Positions 8,557 through 19,163 of a DNA stretch of 64,000 nt are shown here, in pieces. The translations under genes were made by a program, and so were the position numbers. Location of the stretch: IMG/VR virus record IMGVR_UViG_3300001528_000285, positions 1,381 to 65,380 of that record; one strand, written 5' to 3'. This DNA comes from a virus (taxonomy: Duplodnaviria > Caudoviricetes). The notes under the pieces were generated by a model. It saw only the letters and a program-made list of their open reading frames with translations, searched no databases and was not told the origin of the DNA. The first letter of the stretch is position 1. Each line of letters starts with the position of its first letter.

Positions 8557-10008
8557 ATGGCAAGAAAAAAACCTATCATGAACTATACGGATTATGTAGA
8601 AGCAACAACCAGAACTGATCAAGAGAGGGAATATGCTATGGTAACTAATGAGATTTACTCCGGAAAGAAACATGAATATTTTAAGTCATTTAATTTTAAG
8701 GGAAAGTATGATATCGAAGAATATATTAGTCGTATTTCATTTAATGAGATTACAGAACCAAATTTAAGAGATTTGCTTAGTACTGAAAATATTAATTTTG
8801 TATTAATAGGTATTAATCGACTTCAGAGTACTATTCTTTGTGAAGAGGGATTCTCATATGTTCAGCAGTCTCAGAGATATACTCCTGTTGAAGCCTCTTC
8901 TATGTATATTTTAGAAAATACTCCTGAAGAGTTATATATGGATGCTTTTAGACTTAATAAACTTGCAATTAATCTATATAAGACAATTACAGAATTAAAT
9001 GATCCTAATAAGAAGGGTAGACTTAGCAGAGAAGATTTCAAGTATGGCATTCTTTATGAAGAAGCTCGTTGTATTCTTCCTCTTTGTGTTACTACCAATA
9101 TTAGTGTAACTATGTCTGGTGATAAATTGATTGATCTTTATAAGATCTTTAATAAATATCCTCATGTTTTTGCAGCTATGAGGTATCAATTAGATCATTT
9201 ACTTACAAATGGTCTTGTTCATGCTTTAAACCGTGTGTCTAATATTTATATTGAAAAAGATACATCTATTATGGATGATTATTTTAGAAATAAATATAAA
9301 AATTTATGCAATGATCGTAATGTCATTAAGATCGAGAATGATCCTGTAATTGAAAATATTACAATTGGTGCACTTACGAGTCAGAATCAGAAGTCTCCTT
9401 TTGAAATTTATGATAGTTGGGGAGTTAATAAAGTAGAAAATTCTAAGAAGTTAATTTCTAATGTTCTTAGTTATGGACATTATGGAATTTTGGAACAGGG
9501 AAGAACTACATTTGCTATGCAATGCTCTTTGTCCACATATCATCAGGTAATTCGTCATAGACTTCAGAACATTAGACGAGAGCCTCTTATTGATATTGCT
9601 AAGGATATTAATCGTGAGTATATTATTCCTGATAGCATTAAGGCTAGTGAGTTCCTTGAAGATGTTGAAGATATCATTCGTATGTATAAAGAACTTTATA
9701 CAAGATATATCAAGAAAGTTGATGATGCATTCATTATTCAGTTCCTTTTGAACTGTGCTCCTGTAAAGTTCCTTACATCTTCTAATATCAGAAATGATAA
9801 TTGGATTTTCCGTGAAAGACTTTGCTTTACTGCACAGAAAGAAATTCGTGATATGTACGATACTAAATTTATGATTATGAATAATAAACATGCAGATCTT
9901 ATTAAACTTGGTATTCCTCCTTGTGTTACAACTGGAAAATGCAAGGAAGGAAAACTTTGTTGTGGATATGCAGATCTAGTAAATGAACTCTATAAAGATT
10001 ATATTTAA
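8557..10008 (+). CDS. thyX: Tandem-domain flavin-dependent thymidylate synthase-like protein
   Basis: Two ThyX-like halves: SYVQQSQRY and EEARCILP in the N-half; GHYGILEQ, HQVIRHR and AQKEIR in the C-half. Confidence 0.7.
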   Translation: MARKKPIMNYTDYVEATTRTDQEREYAMVTNEIYSGKKHEYFKSFNFKGKYDIEEYISRISFNEITEPNLRDLLSTENINFVLIGINRLQSTILCEEGFSYVQQSQRYTPVEASSMYILENTPEELYMDAFRLNKLAINLYKTITELNDPNKKGRLSREDFKYGILYEEARCILPLCVTTNISVTMSGDKLIDLYKIFNKYPHVFAAMRYQLDHLLTNGLVHALNRVSNIYIEKDTSIMDDYFRNKYKNLCNDRNVIKIENDPVIENITIGALTSQNQKSPFEIYDSWGVNKVENSKKLISNVLSYGHYGILEQGRTTFAMQCSLSTYHQVIRHRLQNIRREPLIDIAKDINREYIIPDSIKASEFLEDVEDIIRMYKELYTRYIKKVDDAFIIQFLLNCAPVKFLTSSNIRNDNWIFRERLCFTAQKEIRDMYDTKFMIMNNKHADLIKLGIPPCVTTGKCKEGKLCCGYADLVNELYKDYI

Positions 10009-10101
10009 TTAATAATAAAAGGGTAATCAGAAATGATTACCCTTTTATTTTTTTATCTAAGTACAAAAATATAATAAATTTTATAGAAAGGATGATTAAT
10101 T

Positions 10102-10542
10102 ATGGATAATGCCGTTTTAGAGTATATGCTCTCTGCTGCTGTTCCTGCTTTCACTATTATCTTAGTTTGGTGCGCTAATAAACTTACTAAGTTCCTTGAT
10201 GCTAAATCTGAAGAGGCTAAGGCTAAGACTGATAATGAAACTTTAAAGACTTACATTGATATTATCAATGATAATGCTGTTAATGTTGTTCAGTCTTTGA
10301 ATAATACTCTTGTTGATGGTTTGAAGAATGCATCTGAAGATGGTAAGCTTACTGCTGATGAAGCCATTGAAATTAAGGATAAGGCTGTTGATATGCTTAT
10401 TGATACTTTATCCGAGGATATTACTGAGATGATTAGTAAGGTCTTTGGTGATGCCGAGGAGTATCTTGGCAATGTCATTGAAAAGACTGTATGTAATGTT
10501 AAGAATAATAAGAAGAAGACTGTTGAAGCCCCTAAGGGTTAA
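10102..10542 (+). CDS. Holin-like membrane protein (LL-H family-like)
   Basis: One N-terminal hydrophobic helix, then a charged helical domain with KLTADEAIEIKDKA. Confidence 0.5.
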   Translation: MDNAVLEYMLSAAVPAFTIILVWCANKLTKFLDAKSEEAKAKTDNETLKTYIDIINDNAVNVVQSLNNTLVDGLKNASEDGKLTADEAIEIKDKAVDMLIDTLSEDITEMISKVFGDAEEYLGNVIEKTVCNVKNNKKKTVEAPKG

Positions 10543-10799
10543 TTTGTTCGTTTGATACCATGTATATGTGTGCTAGATAGGTTATGCCTATCTAGCACTA
10601 TTTTATCAAAAAAAAAATAAATACATTAGAAAGGAGGACTGAGTGGTCGGGACACAAAACCACTCAGTCCTTAAATACAACACACGAAACGAACCTTGAA
10701 AACTAAACATTCATGAACTTTGAAAAATGAAGTGTCCCTAAGTAAAAACTAGGAAAGGAAAACCTAGTTTAAACTTTCTTAAAATTGTTGATGGTGTTT

Positions 10800-11420
10800 T
10801 TACACCAACTTCTCCTTAGCCTTTTCAAAGCTATCAAAGATTTCATACTCAGAGGTAATACCACTGAGTTTCTTAATCTCAGCTTCACAAAGACTCTTCA
10901 TGAGATCATACTCGATACTGTAATCGAGCTTAGGAGCATTCTCCTTACGATTCTTATAGTGGAAACACTTGGTAAATTCCCACTTATCATCATAGATACG
11001 ATGGCTAATGATAGCACGAGTATCATCATAGAAATCATTGGCGATGGGAATGATTGCATACTCATATTTTTCTTCCCACTTATTAGTGAGAGCTTCAATG
11101 TCAGCATTGACATTACCGACGAGGTTCTTGATCATCGGAATAATGCCCTTAACAAAGGAAACAACAGGCAGGCACTTTTCATAGATCTTCATACAGCACA
11201 GCAGAAGATCAATGAAGAATTCTTCCTTAACATCAATGGTGAAAGTACCCTTCTTCTTATCATAGATGGTCTCACTGGTCTGGAACTTCTCAGACTTGAG
11301 ATTCTCTTTCTTGAAAATCTCTTCATTGAAAGAAGGCTCGATCTCAGAAATCATTTTGGACAGAGCGTTGCCTTCAATCATAACGGCTTCAACTTCTTTA
11401 TTAGTAAGTGTAATCTTCAT
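10800..11420 (-). CDS. Hypothetical protein
   Basis: 206-aa ORF with RBS; early-type motif at 11476-11488 on the minus strand. Confidence 0.75.
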   Translation of the reverse strand: MKITLTNKEVEAVMIEGNALSKMISEIEPSFNEEIFKKENLKSEKFQTSETIYDKKKGTFTIDVKEEFFIDLLLCCMKIYEKCLPVVSFVKGIIPMIKNLVGNVNADIEALTNKWEEKYEYAIIPIANDFYDDTRAIISHRIYDDKWEFTKCFHYKNRKENAPKLDYSIEYDLMKSLCEAEIKKLSGITSEYEIFDSFEKAKEKLV

Positions 11421-11578
11421 AGTTTTAATTCCTCTCTGGTGATTAATGAGATTTTCCTTTCTCTTTATTACTATTATAATATATATTTATAATCTTCAAA
11501 AATACGATTTTCAAAAAGTGATATAAATATATATTATTACTATACTTATAAAGATATAATTTGGAGGTGAATTATATT

Positions 11579-11848
11579 ATGAATAATTATGATAAGAAAA
11601 TTGCAGTAGAGCAATTTATTAAAAATGTATCTTATGATCTTTCTGAAGTTAAAAGATTAGTTAGTTTCTTAAAAATTGAGGATGAGAAAGAGCGAAAAGC
11701 CTTAGAGGAAGCAATTAAAATTTATGAAAATAAGATTAAAAAGCTAAGGAAAGTACATTCCCTGGAGGAAGCTAGTAAGTATATTAAAGTAAAGAAAGCT
11801 ATTAAGAATAGTATTGAAGATAAAAGAATTCCTCCGGAAGATATATAG
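11579..11848 (+). CDS. Hypothetical coiled-coil protein
   Basis: RBS GGAGGTG before ATG 11579; early-type motif at 11525. Confidence 0.7.
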   Translation: MNNYDKKIAVEQFIKNVSYDLSEVKRLVSFLKIEDEKERKALEEAIKIYENKIKKLRKVHSLEEASKYIKVKKAIKNSIEDKRIPPEDI

Positions 11849-11861
11849 AAAAGGTGATTAT

Positions 11862-12338
11862 ATGAATACTCCTAAAAATATTTATATATTTGGTAATGAT
11901 CAGATTGGATTCTTAGGTTTTACAGATAAAAAAGAGTATGCTAAGAAGATTTTAAAAGTACGAAGTGGATTAGAACGATTCAAAATTAAGTATGACGATC
12001 ATTGTAAAGATAATCTATCTATAAATAATGAATTTATAGAAGTTGCTGATAATGTATTTATGACAGCTAATGAAGAAGAATATTATCTTGAATCATTTAG
12101 TTCATTTCAACAAGATGTATCAATGTCATGTGAAAGATTGATTGAATATTCAAAGATATTTCGTTGGAAAGATGATGAATTAGAATATATAAATAATTTA
12201 ATAAATTATATTAATGACTATATTTATTATTTAATGATAGGTCAATATTCAGAAGAAGATGAAGATGATGGAATTTTTGACACAGATAAAACCCTTGAAT
12301 ACTTTATGAAGTATGCATTAAATGGTGAAAAGCTATGA
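11862..12338 (+). CDS. Hypothetical protein, paralog of the next gene
   Basis: RBS AAGGTGA; N-terminal FLGFTDKK resembles FLGWADNK of 12335. Confidence 0.7.
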   Translation: MNTPKNIYIFGNDQIGFLGFTDKKEYAKKILKVRSGLERFKIKYDDHCKDNLSINNEFIEVADNVFMTANEEEYYLESFSSFQQDVSMSCERLIEYSKIFRWKDDELEYINNLINYINDYIYYLMIGQYSEEDEDDGIFDTDKTLEYFMKYALNGEKL

Positions 12339-12838
12339 AGTATTATTTGATATATAAAAAAGATAAATTCCTTGGATGGGCAGATAATAAAAAGATTATA
12401 AAAACTTTTATGAAAGATCGCCCCGGAACATACAAAATTATCAAAAATGATGAAGAAGATATTCCTGAAAAGATTAGGAAATCTTTTAGTTTTGATAACT
12501 TCCAGTTAACTTGGTTTATGGGGTATTATACATCAGTAAAAGTAGCTTTATTTAATTATGAAGTATCTGAATTTGAGGAAGCTATGTCAAGAGATTCTTT
12601 AAAACTTCATGTTGCAGCAGATCAATTAATCAGACATTCTAAAGTAATAAAATTTTCTAAAGAAGAAAAGAAATTAATTAATTATGTGTGTTCTGGAATT
12701 ATTGATCGAGTTTATGGTATTACGGACAGTAATGAAATAATTTATGATGAGTGTATTGACATTGTAAAATACTTTACAGAGGCTTATTTACCTACACATC
12801 GTAAATTCCGTTTTACAGAAGATAGAACAATGTACTAA
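12335..12838 (+). CDS. Hypothetical protein
   Basis: 167-aa ORF with ATGA overlap with the upstream gene. Confidence 0.75.
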   Translation: MKYYLIYKKDKFLGWADNKKIIKTFMKDRPGTYKIIKNDEEDIPEKIRKSFSFDNFQLTWFMGYYTSVKVALFNYEVSEFEEAMSRDSLKLHVAADQLIRHSKVIKFSKEEKKLINYVCSGIIDRVYGITDSNEIIYDECIDIVKYFTEAYLPTHRKFRFTEDRTMY

Positions 12839-12859
12839 TGGAAAGCGAGGTGTAAACAC

Positions 12860-13513
12860 ATGAGAGTTCCAAAGGTTGAAAATTACACTAACGAACAACT
12901 CTTTACGACATTAAATATTCCTAAGGTATCTAAGGTTCGTATGGAGTACGTGGTGATGAGCGATAAGGACAAAATAAAACTTATAAAAGATGTAGAGCGT
13001 TTAGTACGAAAGTCACTTGAATATAAACAGTACATAAGATTTCTTAGAGATGAAATCAATATGTCAGAATGTGCATTCTTTGAAAATATTAATAATAAGA
13101 ATGGTAATTCTGGTATTTCTATTGAGATTCATCATGAACCCATTGATCTATTTTCTATTGTCAATGTAGTGATTGATAAATGGATTGATCTTGATATGGA
13201 TCTTAATCCTATTCTTATTGCTGAAGAAGTTATGAGACTTCATTATAAAAATCAAGTAGGTTTAGTTCCTTTATCTGTCACTGTACATCAACTTGTACAT
13301 GATGGAAAAATCTTTATACCTCTACAGAATGTTTATGGAGACTATCTCTCCTTTATTGAAGAATATGGTCCTTACGTATCAGACAACATTTCGAATGTCT
13401 TACAAACAAAATTACGTATGTCTAAAGAAATTGAGAATCCTGATACTTCTATTCTTGAGAAAAAGTATATCTACTTAGATGTAGATGGATTCACTTTACC
13501 CCAGTTAATTTAA
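12860..13513 (+). CDS. His-Me finger (HNH-like) jumbo-phage protein
   Basis: C...IEIHHEP...PLSVTVHQLVH; paralog at 19154-19819. Confidence 0.5.
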   Translation: MRVPKVENYTNEQLFTTLNIPKVSKVRMEYVVMSDKDKIKLIKDVERLVRKSLEYKQYIRFLRDEINMSECAFFENINNKNGNSGISIEIHHEPIDLFSIVNVVIDKWIDLDMDLNPILIAEEVMRLHYKNQVGLVPLSVTVHQLVHDGKIFIPLQNVYGDYLSFIEEYGPYVSDNISNVLQTKLRMSKEIENPDTSILEKKYIYLDVDGFTLPQLI

Positions 13514-13565
13514 AAGTATTACTGTATATCTGGAAGTATAACCAGATATACAGTATTTATTTTTA

Positions 13566-14180
13566 ATGAAAGGAGAAATTTATTTGAGAATTATAGAAGT
13601 ATTTACAGACGGTGGAGTATTTAAGAAAGAAAAACTTTCAGTATCAATAGGTTTAATATTTGTAGATAAAGAAAAAGTTATGACTTGTGAGAAGTTAAAC
13701 TTTAATAAGGAATCAGATTTTGCAGAATTATTTGCTATCAATAAGATATTATCTAGAGCATATGGTTATTGTAAACAGAAAGAGTATTTAGATGATGAGT
13801 ATATCATTAAAGTTTATACAGACTCATTAACATCTATTAGTAGTATTAATAGTGAAGTTATATTAAGTAATAATGAACGAAGAGTTCAACTACTTAATGA
13901 GATTAAAGATACTATTAATAAATTTGATAATCATGTAGAGTTTTATCACATTAAATCACATATTTCTGGAAAGAATTTAAAGATTGCACATAAAATGTTT
14001 TGTAAGATGAATAACGTTGATATATCATTCAATGACTTTTTATTTATTGCTCAACAAAACCAAAAGTGTGATAATCTCGTTGCTAGAGCATTTAAGAAAT
14101 ATCATAAACAAAAAAAGATCGAAGCTAAAAAGAGATTACAACTTACTGAAGAAGATCTTGATGTTTTGTGTGAAAACTAA
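13566..14180 (+). CDS. rnhA: Ribonuclease HI-like protein
   Basis: Catalytic pattern VFTDGG, AELFAI, YTDS, IKSH, NQKCDNL. Confidence 0.8.
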   Translation: MKGEIYLRIIEVFTDGGVFKKEKLSVSIGLIFVDKEKVMTCEKLNFNKESDFAELFAINKILSRAYGYCKQKEYLDDEYIIKVYTDSLTSISSINSEVILSNNERRVQLLNEIKDTINKFDNHVEFYHIKSHISGKNLKIAHKMFCKMNNVDISFNDFLFIAQQNQKCDNLVARAFKKYHKQKKIEAKKRLQLTEEDLDVLCEN

Positions 14181-14252
14181 AAGGAATTTGAATTATATAT
14201 TATATAAGTAGAAGAACCAAAATAAAATATTTTTAAAGTAGTAGGTGAAAGT

Positions 14253-15308
14253 ATGTTTGACATCAAGATTAATTATGATAATCGCAAATTTGTCAAATAT
14301 GATGAGAATCTATTCCAAGTCTATGTATTAGACTATGGTGATAATTATCATAGAGATGAGAACGAACCTTCATCTGAATTTGAAAGGGAAGTTCGTAAGA
14401 TAAAGGCTAGGTATCGAGATATAAACAAATATTATTATGCAGTATCTTTGTATAATGAGTATATGGCATATCTCGAAGAAAAATATGGCGGACATGAGTT
14501 ATTTAAATTAAAGAAGAAGAATGGATTGATTGATGAGTTTATTCCGCCTAAGCCTAGAATCAAGAACACAAAAGATTTGAAGTTCTTGAAAAAGAATAAA
14601 ATTGTCATTAGTTCAGTTGGCCGATTCTTAATTGATGAAGATAAACTGGATGAAGTCATTGATATGTATAGTAAAGATATCAATATCAATGACATTACTG
14701 TTGAAAAGATTAGAGATAAGGATGCTGAAAAAATTCTTGATGAAAGTTCTAAAACTGTCAAGGGTAAATATAAGCATCTTAAATCTCAAAGCTTTAAAGA
14801 TGATATGGATTTCATGGATTCTTATTTTAGAAATAAGAATTTCTTTAGTAAGAAGAAATCTAAGAAGAGTAAGAAAAAGAATAATAAGAAGAATAAGAAA
14901 GATCGTCTGATGATTAGTGATCTGATGAGAGAAGATTATGAAGATCATTTCTATGACGAGAATACTTATATGGAAGATAGCGATCAAGCTCCTATGATGC
15001 TATATAATAATCTTCTTCTGTCTTCTGGTGCAACGAAGGAAATTGATGTATATCATAAACTTAATGATCTCGGCTGGAATAGTTATAAACTTATGAAGAA
15101 GGGTAATTATGGTAGCCGAGTAACTAATATGTTTAAGCCTCCTAAGAAAAAGAAGAAAGGAAAGAAGAATAAAGATAAGTTCCATAATTATGATGGATTG
15201 TTAGTTGATATCATGTCTGATAATGGATTTGATGTTGACGATATGGATTCTTTTGAAGATTTCCAGAAAGAGATGTTAAATATGACATCTGAGAGTGTAT
15301 TTAGATAA
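14253..15308 (+). CDS. Hypothetical protein with Lys-rich tracts
   Basis: 351-aa ORF with RBS and early-type motif at 14194. Confidence 0.75.
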   Translation: MFDIKINYDNRKFVKYDENLFQVYVLDYGDNYHRDENEPSSEFEREVRKIKARYRDINKYYYAVSLYNEYMAYLEEKYGGHELFKLKKKNGLIDEFIPPKPRIKNTKDLKFLKKNKIVISSVGRFLIDEDKLDEVIDMYSKDININDITVEKIRDKDAEKILDESSKTVKGKYKHLKSQSFKDDMDFMDSYFRNKNFFSKKKSKKSKKKNNKKNKKDRLMISDLMREDYEDHFYDENTYMEDSDQAPMMLYNNLLLSSGATKEIDVYHKLNDLGWNSYKLMKKGNYGSRVTNMFKPPKKKKKGKKNKDKFHNYDGLLVDIMSDNGFDVDDMDSFEDFQKEMLNMTSESVFR

Positions 15309-15323
15309 AACTTATAATAGGAG

Positions 15324-17081
15324 ATGAAGCTATCTATGAATTTGAAAAGCAGAATACTTCAATTTATTAATAGAGATCTAATGATAGAACTGAATTCTAT
15401 AGCATTAGATGTATTAATTCCAGATAATAATACAAAAGTTAATTTGATGATTGCAGCTCTTGATAAGTATAATATTCCATATTCTGAGCTTGGACCTGGC
15501 ACCAATAGATTCTCGATTCTAATCGATGGTTATGTATTTAAAATCGGTATGGACAAAGCCGGTATAGTGGATAATTGGATGGAGTTCTCTCTATCTCAAG
15601 AACTACAACCGTTTGTAACTAAATGTTACGAGTGTAATGGATTGATTGCTGTTGAAGAATATGTGACAGTAATTTCCAAAGAAGAATTCCTCAATAATAA
15701 AGAGGAAGTACGTCAAATTCTCTCTCATCTCGCAGAAGGTTATCTTCTCGGAGATGTTGGAAGTATAACGAAGAACTTTATGAACTGGGGATATCGAAAT
15801 GATGGCTCTCTCGTAATCTTGGATTATGGTTACATTTATAGAGTCATCGGTGAAGAGTTGAAGTGTGAAGGGTTAAACAAGGACGATACCATTTGTGATG
15901 GCATCCTTGAGTATGATGAGAACTTCAACAAGTTGATTTGTCCTGTATGTGGTAAAGTTTATACTTTCCATGAAATCCGAAGAAAGATTAGTAAAGAGTA
16001 TGAGGAGAAGGAACTTGCGGTAATCAAAGAGATTGCCTATAAAGTTACAAAGCCTTCACAAACGATCTCTACAAATGATCAATCTGTGATGGTGAATGCA
16101 AGCATTACAAATAATGTAGAAGGAGAAAAAGCCATGAGAAACGATTATTATGATCAGACTCCCGAGATTGATGAAAATACTGCATATGAAGAAGCTATTG
16201 AATTCATGATGCAAGCTCATAATCGTATGGAGAAGGTATCTGAAAAGATTGATCAAGGTGAAGATATTAAGCCTTTGATCAAGGATTTCTATATGGTAGA
16301 AGAAACAGCTGAAAATATGGGTGATGATGAAGAAACTCATATTACAACTCTCGATGAAGAGGATGAAGATGAAGATGATGGTATTAGTGTAGAAGAACTT
16401 TTTGATATCATTGATACTAAGTCGAATATTGAAGAAGAAAATGATGAATTAGAAGAAGAGACTGGGATTCCTGATGAAGAATTGAATTCAAAGGAAGAAG
16501 AAGTCCTTAATGAAACTTCTAATGAAAAGATCCAGTTATCTTCTATGTATGGAGAGATTGGTAATAATAATGAAGAGATTCCTCAGGAAGAAGTAGCACC
16601 TCTTGTTGATTCTGATGAAGGTGAGATTATCTCAGTTGACGAAGCAGCCGAAGATGTTGTTGAAGGAACTGGAGAAACTTTCATTGAAGATGATACAGCA
16701 AATGATGAGCAGGAAACCACTGAATGTCATTGTGATGAAGAAGTAGAAACCGTTGAAGAGACAAAGCCTACTGAAGTTACAATTGAAATTCCTGGCAAAT
16801 CTGATAATATTGTTATCAGTGAAACTACTCCTCTTAATAATAGTGCTACAAGTGCAAATATTAAGGTGGCAACCACTCCTACTGATAGTGTTAAGATTGA
16901 AGTCAATAATGATGTTACAATTCTTACCACATCTGATAATGTCGATAAGATGAGAGCTCTTCTTGCTGAAGATATTAAGAATCAAGAAGAAGAGGATAAT
17001 CTTATTCCTGGATATGAAAAGTTTGATTATGATGAATCTTTCCATAAGATTCCTAAGTCTAAGAAGAGATTTGAAGAATAA
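15324..17081 (+). CDS. Protein kinase-like protein with Zn ribbon and acidic disordered tail
   Basis: LGPGTNR, VFKIG, GDVGSITKN, ILDYGY, then C..C/CPVC, then about 300 aa of E/D-rich sequence. Confidence 0.6.
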   Translation: MKLSMNLKSRILQFINRDLMIELNSIALDVLIPDNNTKVNLMIAALDKYNIPYSELGPGTNRFSILIDGYVFKIGMDKAGIVDNWMEFSLSQELQPFVTKCYECNGLIAVEEYVTVISKEEFLNNKEEVRQILSHLAEGYLLGDVGSITKNFMNWGYRNDGSLVILDYGYIYRVIGEELKCEGLNKDDTICDGILEYDENFNKLICPVCGKVYTFHEIRRKISKEYEEKELAVIKEIAYKVTKPSQTISTNDQSVMVNASITNNVEGEKAMRNDYYDQTPEIDENTAYEEAIEFMMQAHNRMEKVSEKIDQGEDIKPLIKDFYMVEETAENMGDDEETHITTLDEEDEDEDDGISVEELFDIIDTKSNIEEENDELEEETGIPDEELNSKEEEVLNETSNEKIQLSSMYGEIGNNNEEIPQEEVAPLVDSDEGEIISVDEAAEDVVEGTGETFIEDDTANDEQETTECHCDEEVETVEETKPTEVTIEIPGKSDNIVISETTPLNNSATSANIKVATTPTDSVKIEVNNDVTILTTSDNVDKMRALLAEDIKNQEEEDNLIPGYEKFDYDESFHKIPKSKKRFEE

Positions 17082-17102
17082 TTATTAAGGATGTGAATTA
17101 CA

Positions 17103-17756
17103 ATGGCATGCATCATTAAGATGTCTTCAGATGAATTTCTTGATAAGTTCATCAAGAAATTCGATTATAGAAAGTTTAATTTTCTATTGATTTCTGAACA
17201 GGTTAAAACTGAACGGAAATATAAGAATGTGTATACAATCCCTACACTTATTCCGCCTCCGAATATTATCGCAGAATTTGTTCAAAAAGGATATACTCCT
17301 AGATATATTAGAAAATTTGTAGAATATCTTCAAGTTCCACGAGTCGAGGCAATGATTACGATTATGGTTAAACTATGTGTTGTAGAGAACTCTAACGTAA
17401 TCTTGCTCTGCTCTAAACAGGAAGATGAATTCAAATATCTTGATATTATCTGTCAGTATATTGAAAACATTTATGGAATCAACACTTATAATTATAAGGA
17501 TTATAAAAAAGATCCATCTAAATGTGAAGAAATTTCTGAGAAAGATAAGAAGAAAGCTATTAAGGTTCTGGAAAAGAAACTTAGTGAGATTGAAGATCTC
17601 GGAGATCCGGCAATGACTAAGAAAGAAGCTAGAGCTAGATTTAAGAAGCTTCCGTCTAAGGAAATTAAGAAGTACTTAGCGGCTAATAGTATTAAGTATA
17701 AAGATAAGTGGTCAAGAAAAGAATTGATCAAAGCTGCTCTGGAAACTTTCAATTAA
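17103..17756 (+). CDS. Hypothetical protein
   Basis: 217-aa ORF with RBS AAGGATG; terminator at about 17763-17797. Confidence 0.75.
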   Translation: MACIIKMSSDEFLDKFIKKFDYRKFNFLLISEQVKTERKYKNVYTIPTLIPPPNIIAEFVQKGYTPRYIRKFVEYLQVPRVEAMITIMVKLCVVENSNVILLCSKQEDEFKYLDIICQYIENIYGINTYNYKDYKKDPSKCEEISEKDKKKAIKVLEKKLSEIEDLGDPAMTKKEARARFKKLPSKEIKKYLAANSIKYKDKWSRKELIKAALETFN

Positions 17757-17945
17757 AATTAAAGAGAGTCGTATGCACTTAAGCATACGACTCTCTATTT
17801 TTTTGTTAAAAAGGTGGGTAGATGCTAAAGTTCCAAAAGCATCTACCCTATTTTATAAAGGAGGAAATCACGACACACCACAATCCCTTAATAATTTGTT
17901 TATAAATATAAATATATATTATTATATTAGAAAGGAGGATATAAT

Positions 17946-18704
17946 ATGGCTCTTTATGAAAAGCATAATTATTTAAATAAAAATATTGAGTATCTTATTA
18001 ATAATGAGATTACTGAATATGATATGAAATCTGCTGGATTTAATATCATCAAAAAATTTAAATTATTAGATAATAATAAAATTGAACATCTTGAAAGTTT
18101 AAGTAAAAAGAGGAGACAAATTACTATCGGATTATATCAAAAAGATGATCCTGCATTCAAAGAAGTATTAAATGAAAAATTTGTAGAAATGAGAAAATTA
18201 TTCTTTGAAGCAAATAATTTAAAAGATGATGAAGTATTATCAATTAAGAAAGATGCTATTGTAACATTGAGAAAATGTTTTAATACAACATTTGATAATG
18301 TAGAGTTTGTTGATAAGAATGTATATACATCTTATTTTTATATAAATAAATTTGAGTTTTATGTAAATGATAAAACTCTTGATCTTAAAGGAATTGATAA
18401 TGAAAAATTAGAATTACATAGAGCATACATGCTTGATTTCTTATATAAGATATTTAGGTTGTTCGAAACAAATTCTAATAAAAAGTATATTATTGAAAAC
18501 TTAAGAGAATTTATATCCTTTTATAAAGATAAGATGTTACATATAGGATATTACAGAGAATTGAATAGGGATTCTTTATATAAATTAAATAGAGAATTTC
18601 TTAATGATTATATAGGGTTAGAGAATACAAAAACTTTAGATGGAATAGATATATCTTATAATTATATGAAGTATATCGTTCCTATTATGAATATTTTATT
18701 ATAA
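17946..18704 (+). CDS. DNA polymerase B palm-like protein (possible split polymerase subunit)
   Basis: EYDMKSAGFNII resembles motif A and SIKKDAI resembles motif C; only 252 aa. Confidence 0.45.
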   Translation: MALYEKHNYLNKNIEYLINNEITEYDMKSAGFNIIKKFKLLDNNKIEHLESLSKKRRQITIGLYQKDDPAFKEVLNEKFVEMRKLFFEANNLKDDEVLSIKKDAIVTLRKCFNTTFDNVEFVDKNVYTSYFYINKFEFYVNDKTLDLKGIDNEKLELHRAYMLDFLYKIFRLFETNSNKKYIIENLREFISFYKDKMLHIGYYRELNRDSLYKLNREFLNDYIGLENTKTLDGIDISYNYMKYIVPIMNILL

Positions 18705-18722
18705 AAAAGAACCGAGTACGAA

Positions 18723-19163
18723 TTACTTCGTACTCGGTTTATATGTGTTTGTATATTCAATGAATAACATCTGAGACTTACGGACGATTCTTTGAATAAT
18801 ATAATCATAAGAATAATATTTCAAAGCTTCAACCATAACCGGATCACCAATAGAATGAATAACTTCTTCGGTGAAAGAGGCAATCTCTTTATCCATATTA
18901 GAGATAATAACAACTTCTTTTAATCTATAATTAATGAAGTATTTATTCTGCCAGATATCATTAGTGATATCATCAATTATTTTATTGCAATCTTCAAATG
19001 TTAAATGAATAGGATTAGTGGTAGTGGAGGGATTTTCATTTTTTTTATTATCTACAGTTTTTAATTTCTGCACTAAAAGATAAACACTAATTGATGCAGA
19101 CGTTATTGTAGATAAAGTAATAAGAGCTAAAGCGATCGTTAACACCATAGTCATCATCTCCAA
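18723..19163 (-). CDS. Membrane-anchored hypothetical protein
   Basis: N-terminal hydrophobic helix; start overlaps the upstream gene. Confidence 0.7.
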   Translation of the reverse strand: MEMMTMVLTIALALITLSTITSASISVYLLVQKLKTVDNKKNENPSTTTNPIHLTFEDCNKIIDDITNDIWQNKYFINYRLKEVVIISNMDKEIASFTEEVIHSIGDPVMVEALKYYSYDYIIQRIVRKSQMLFIEYTNTYKPSTK

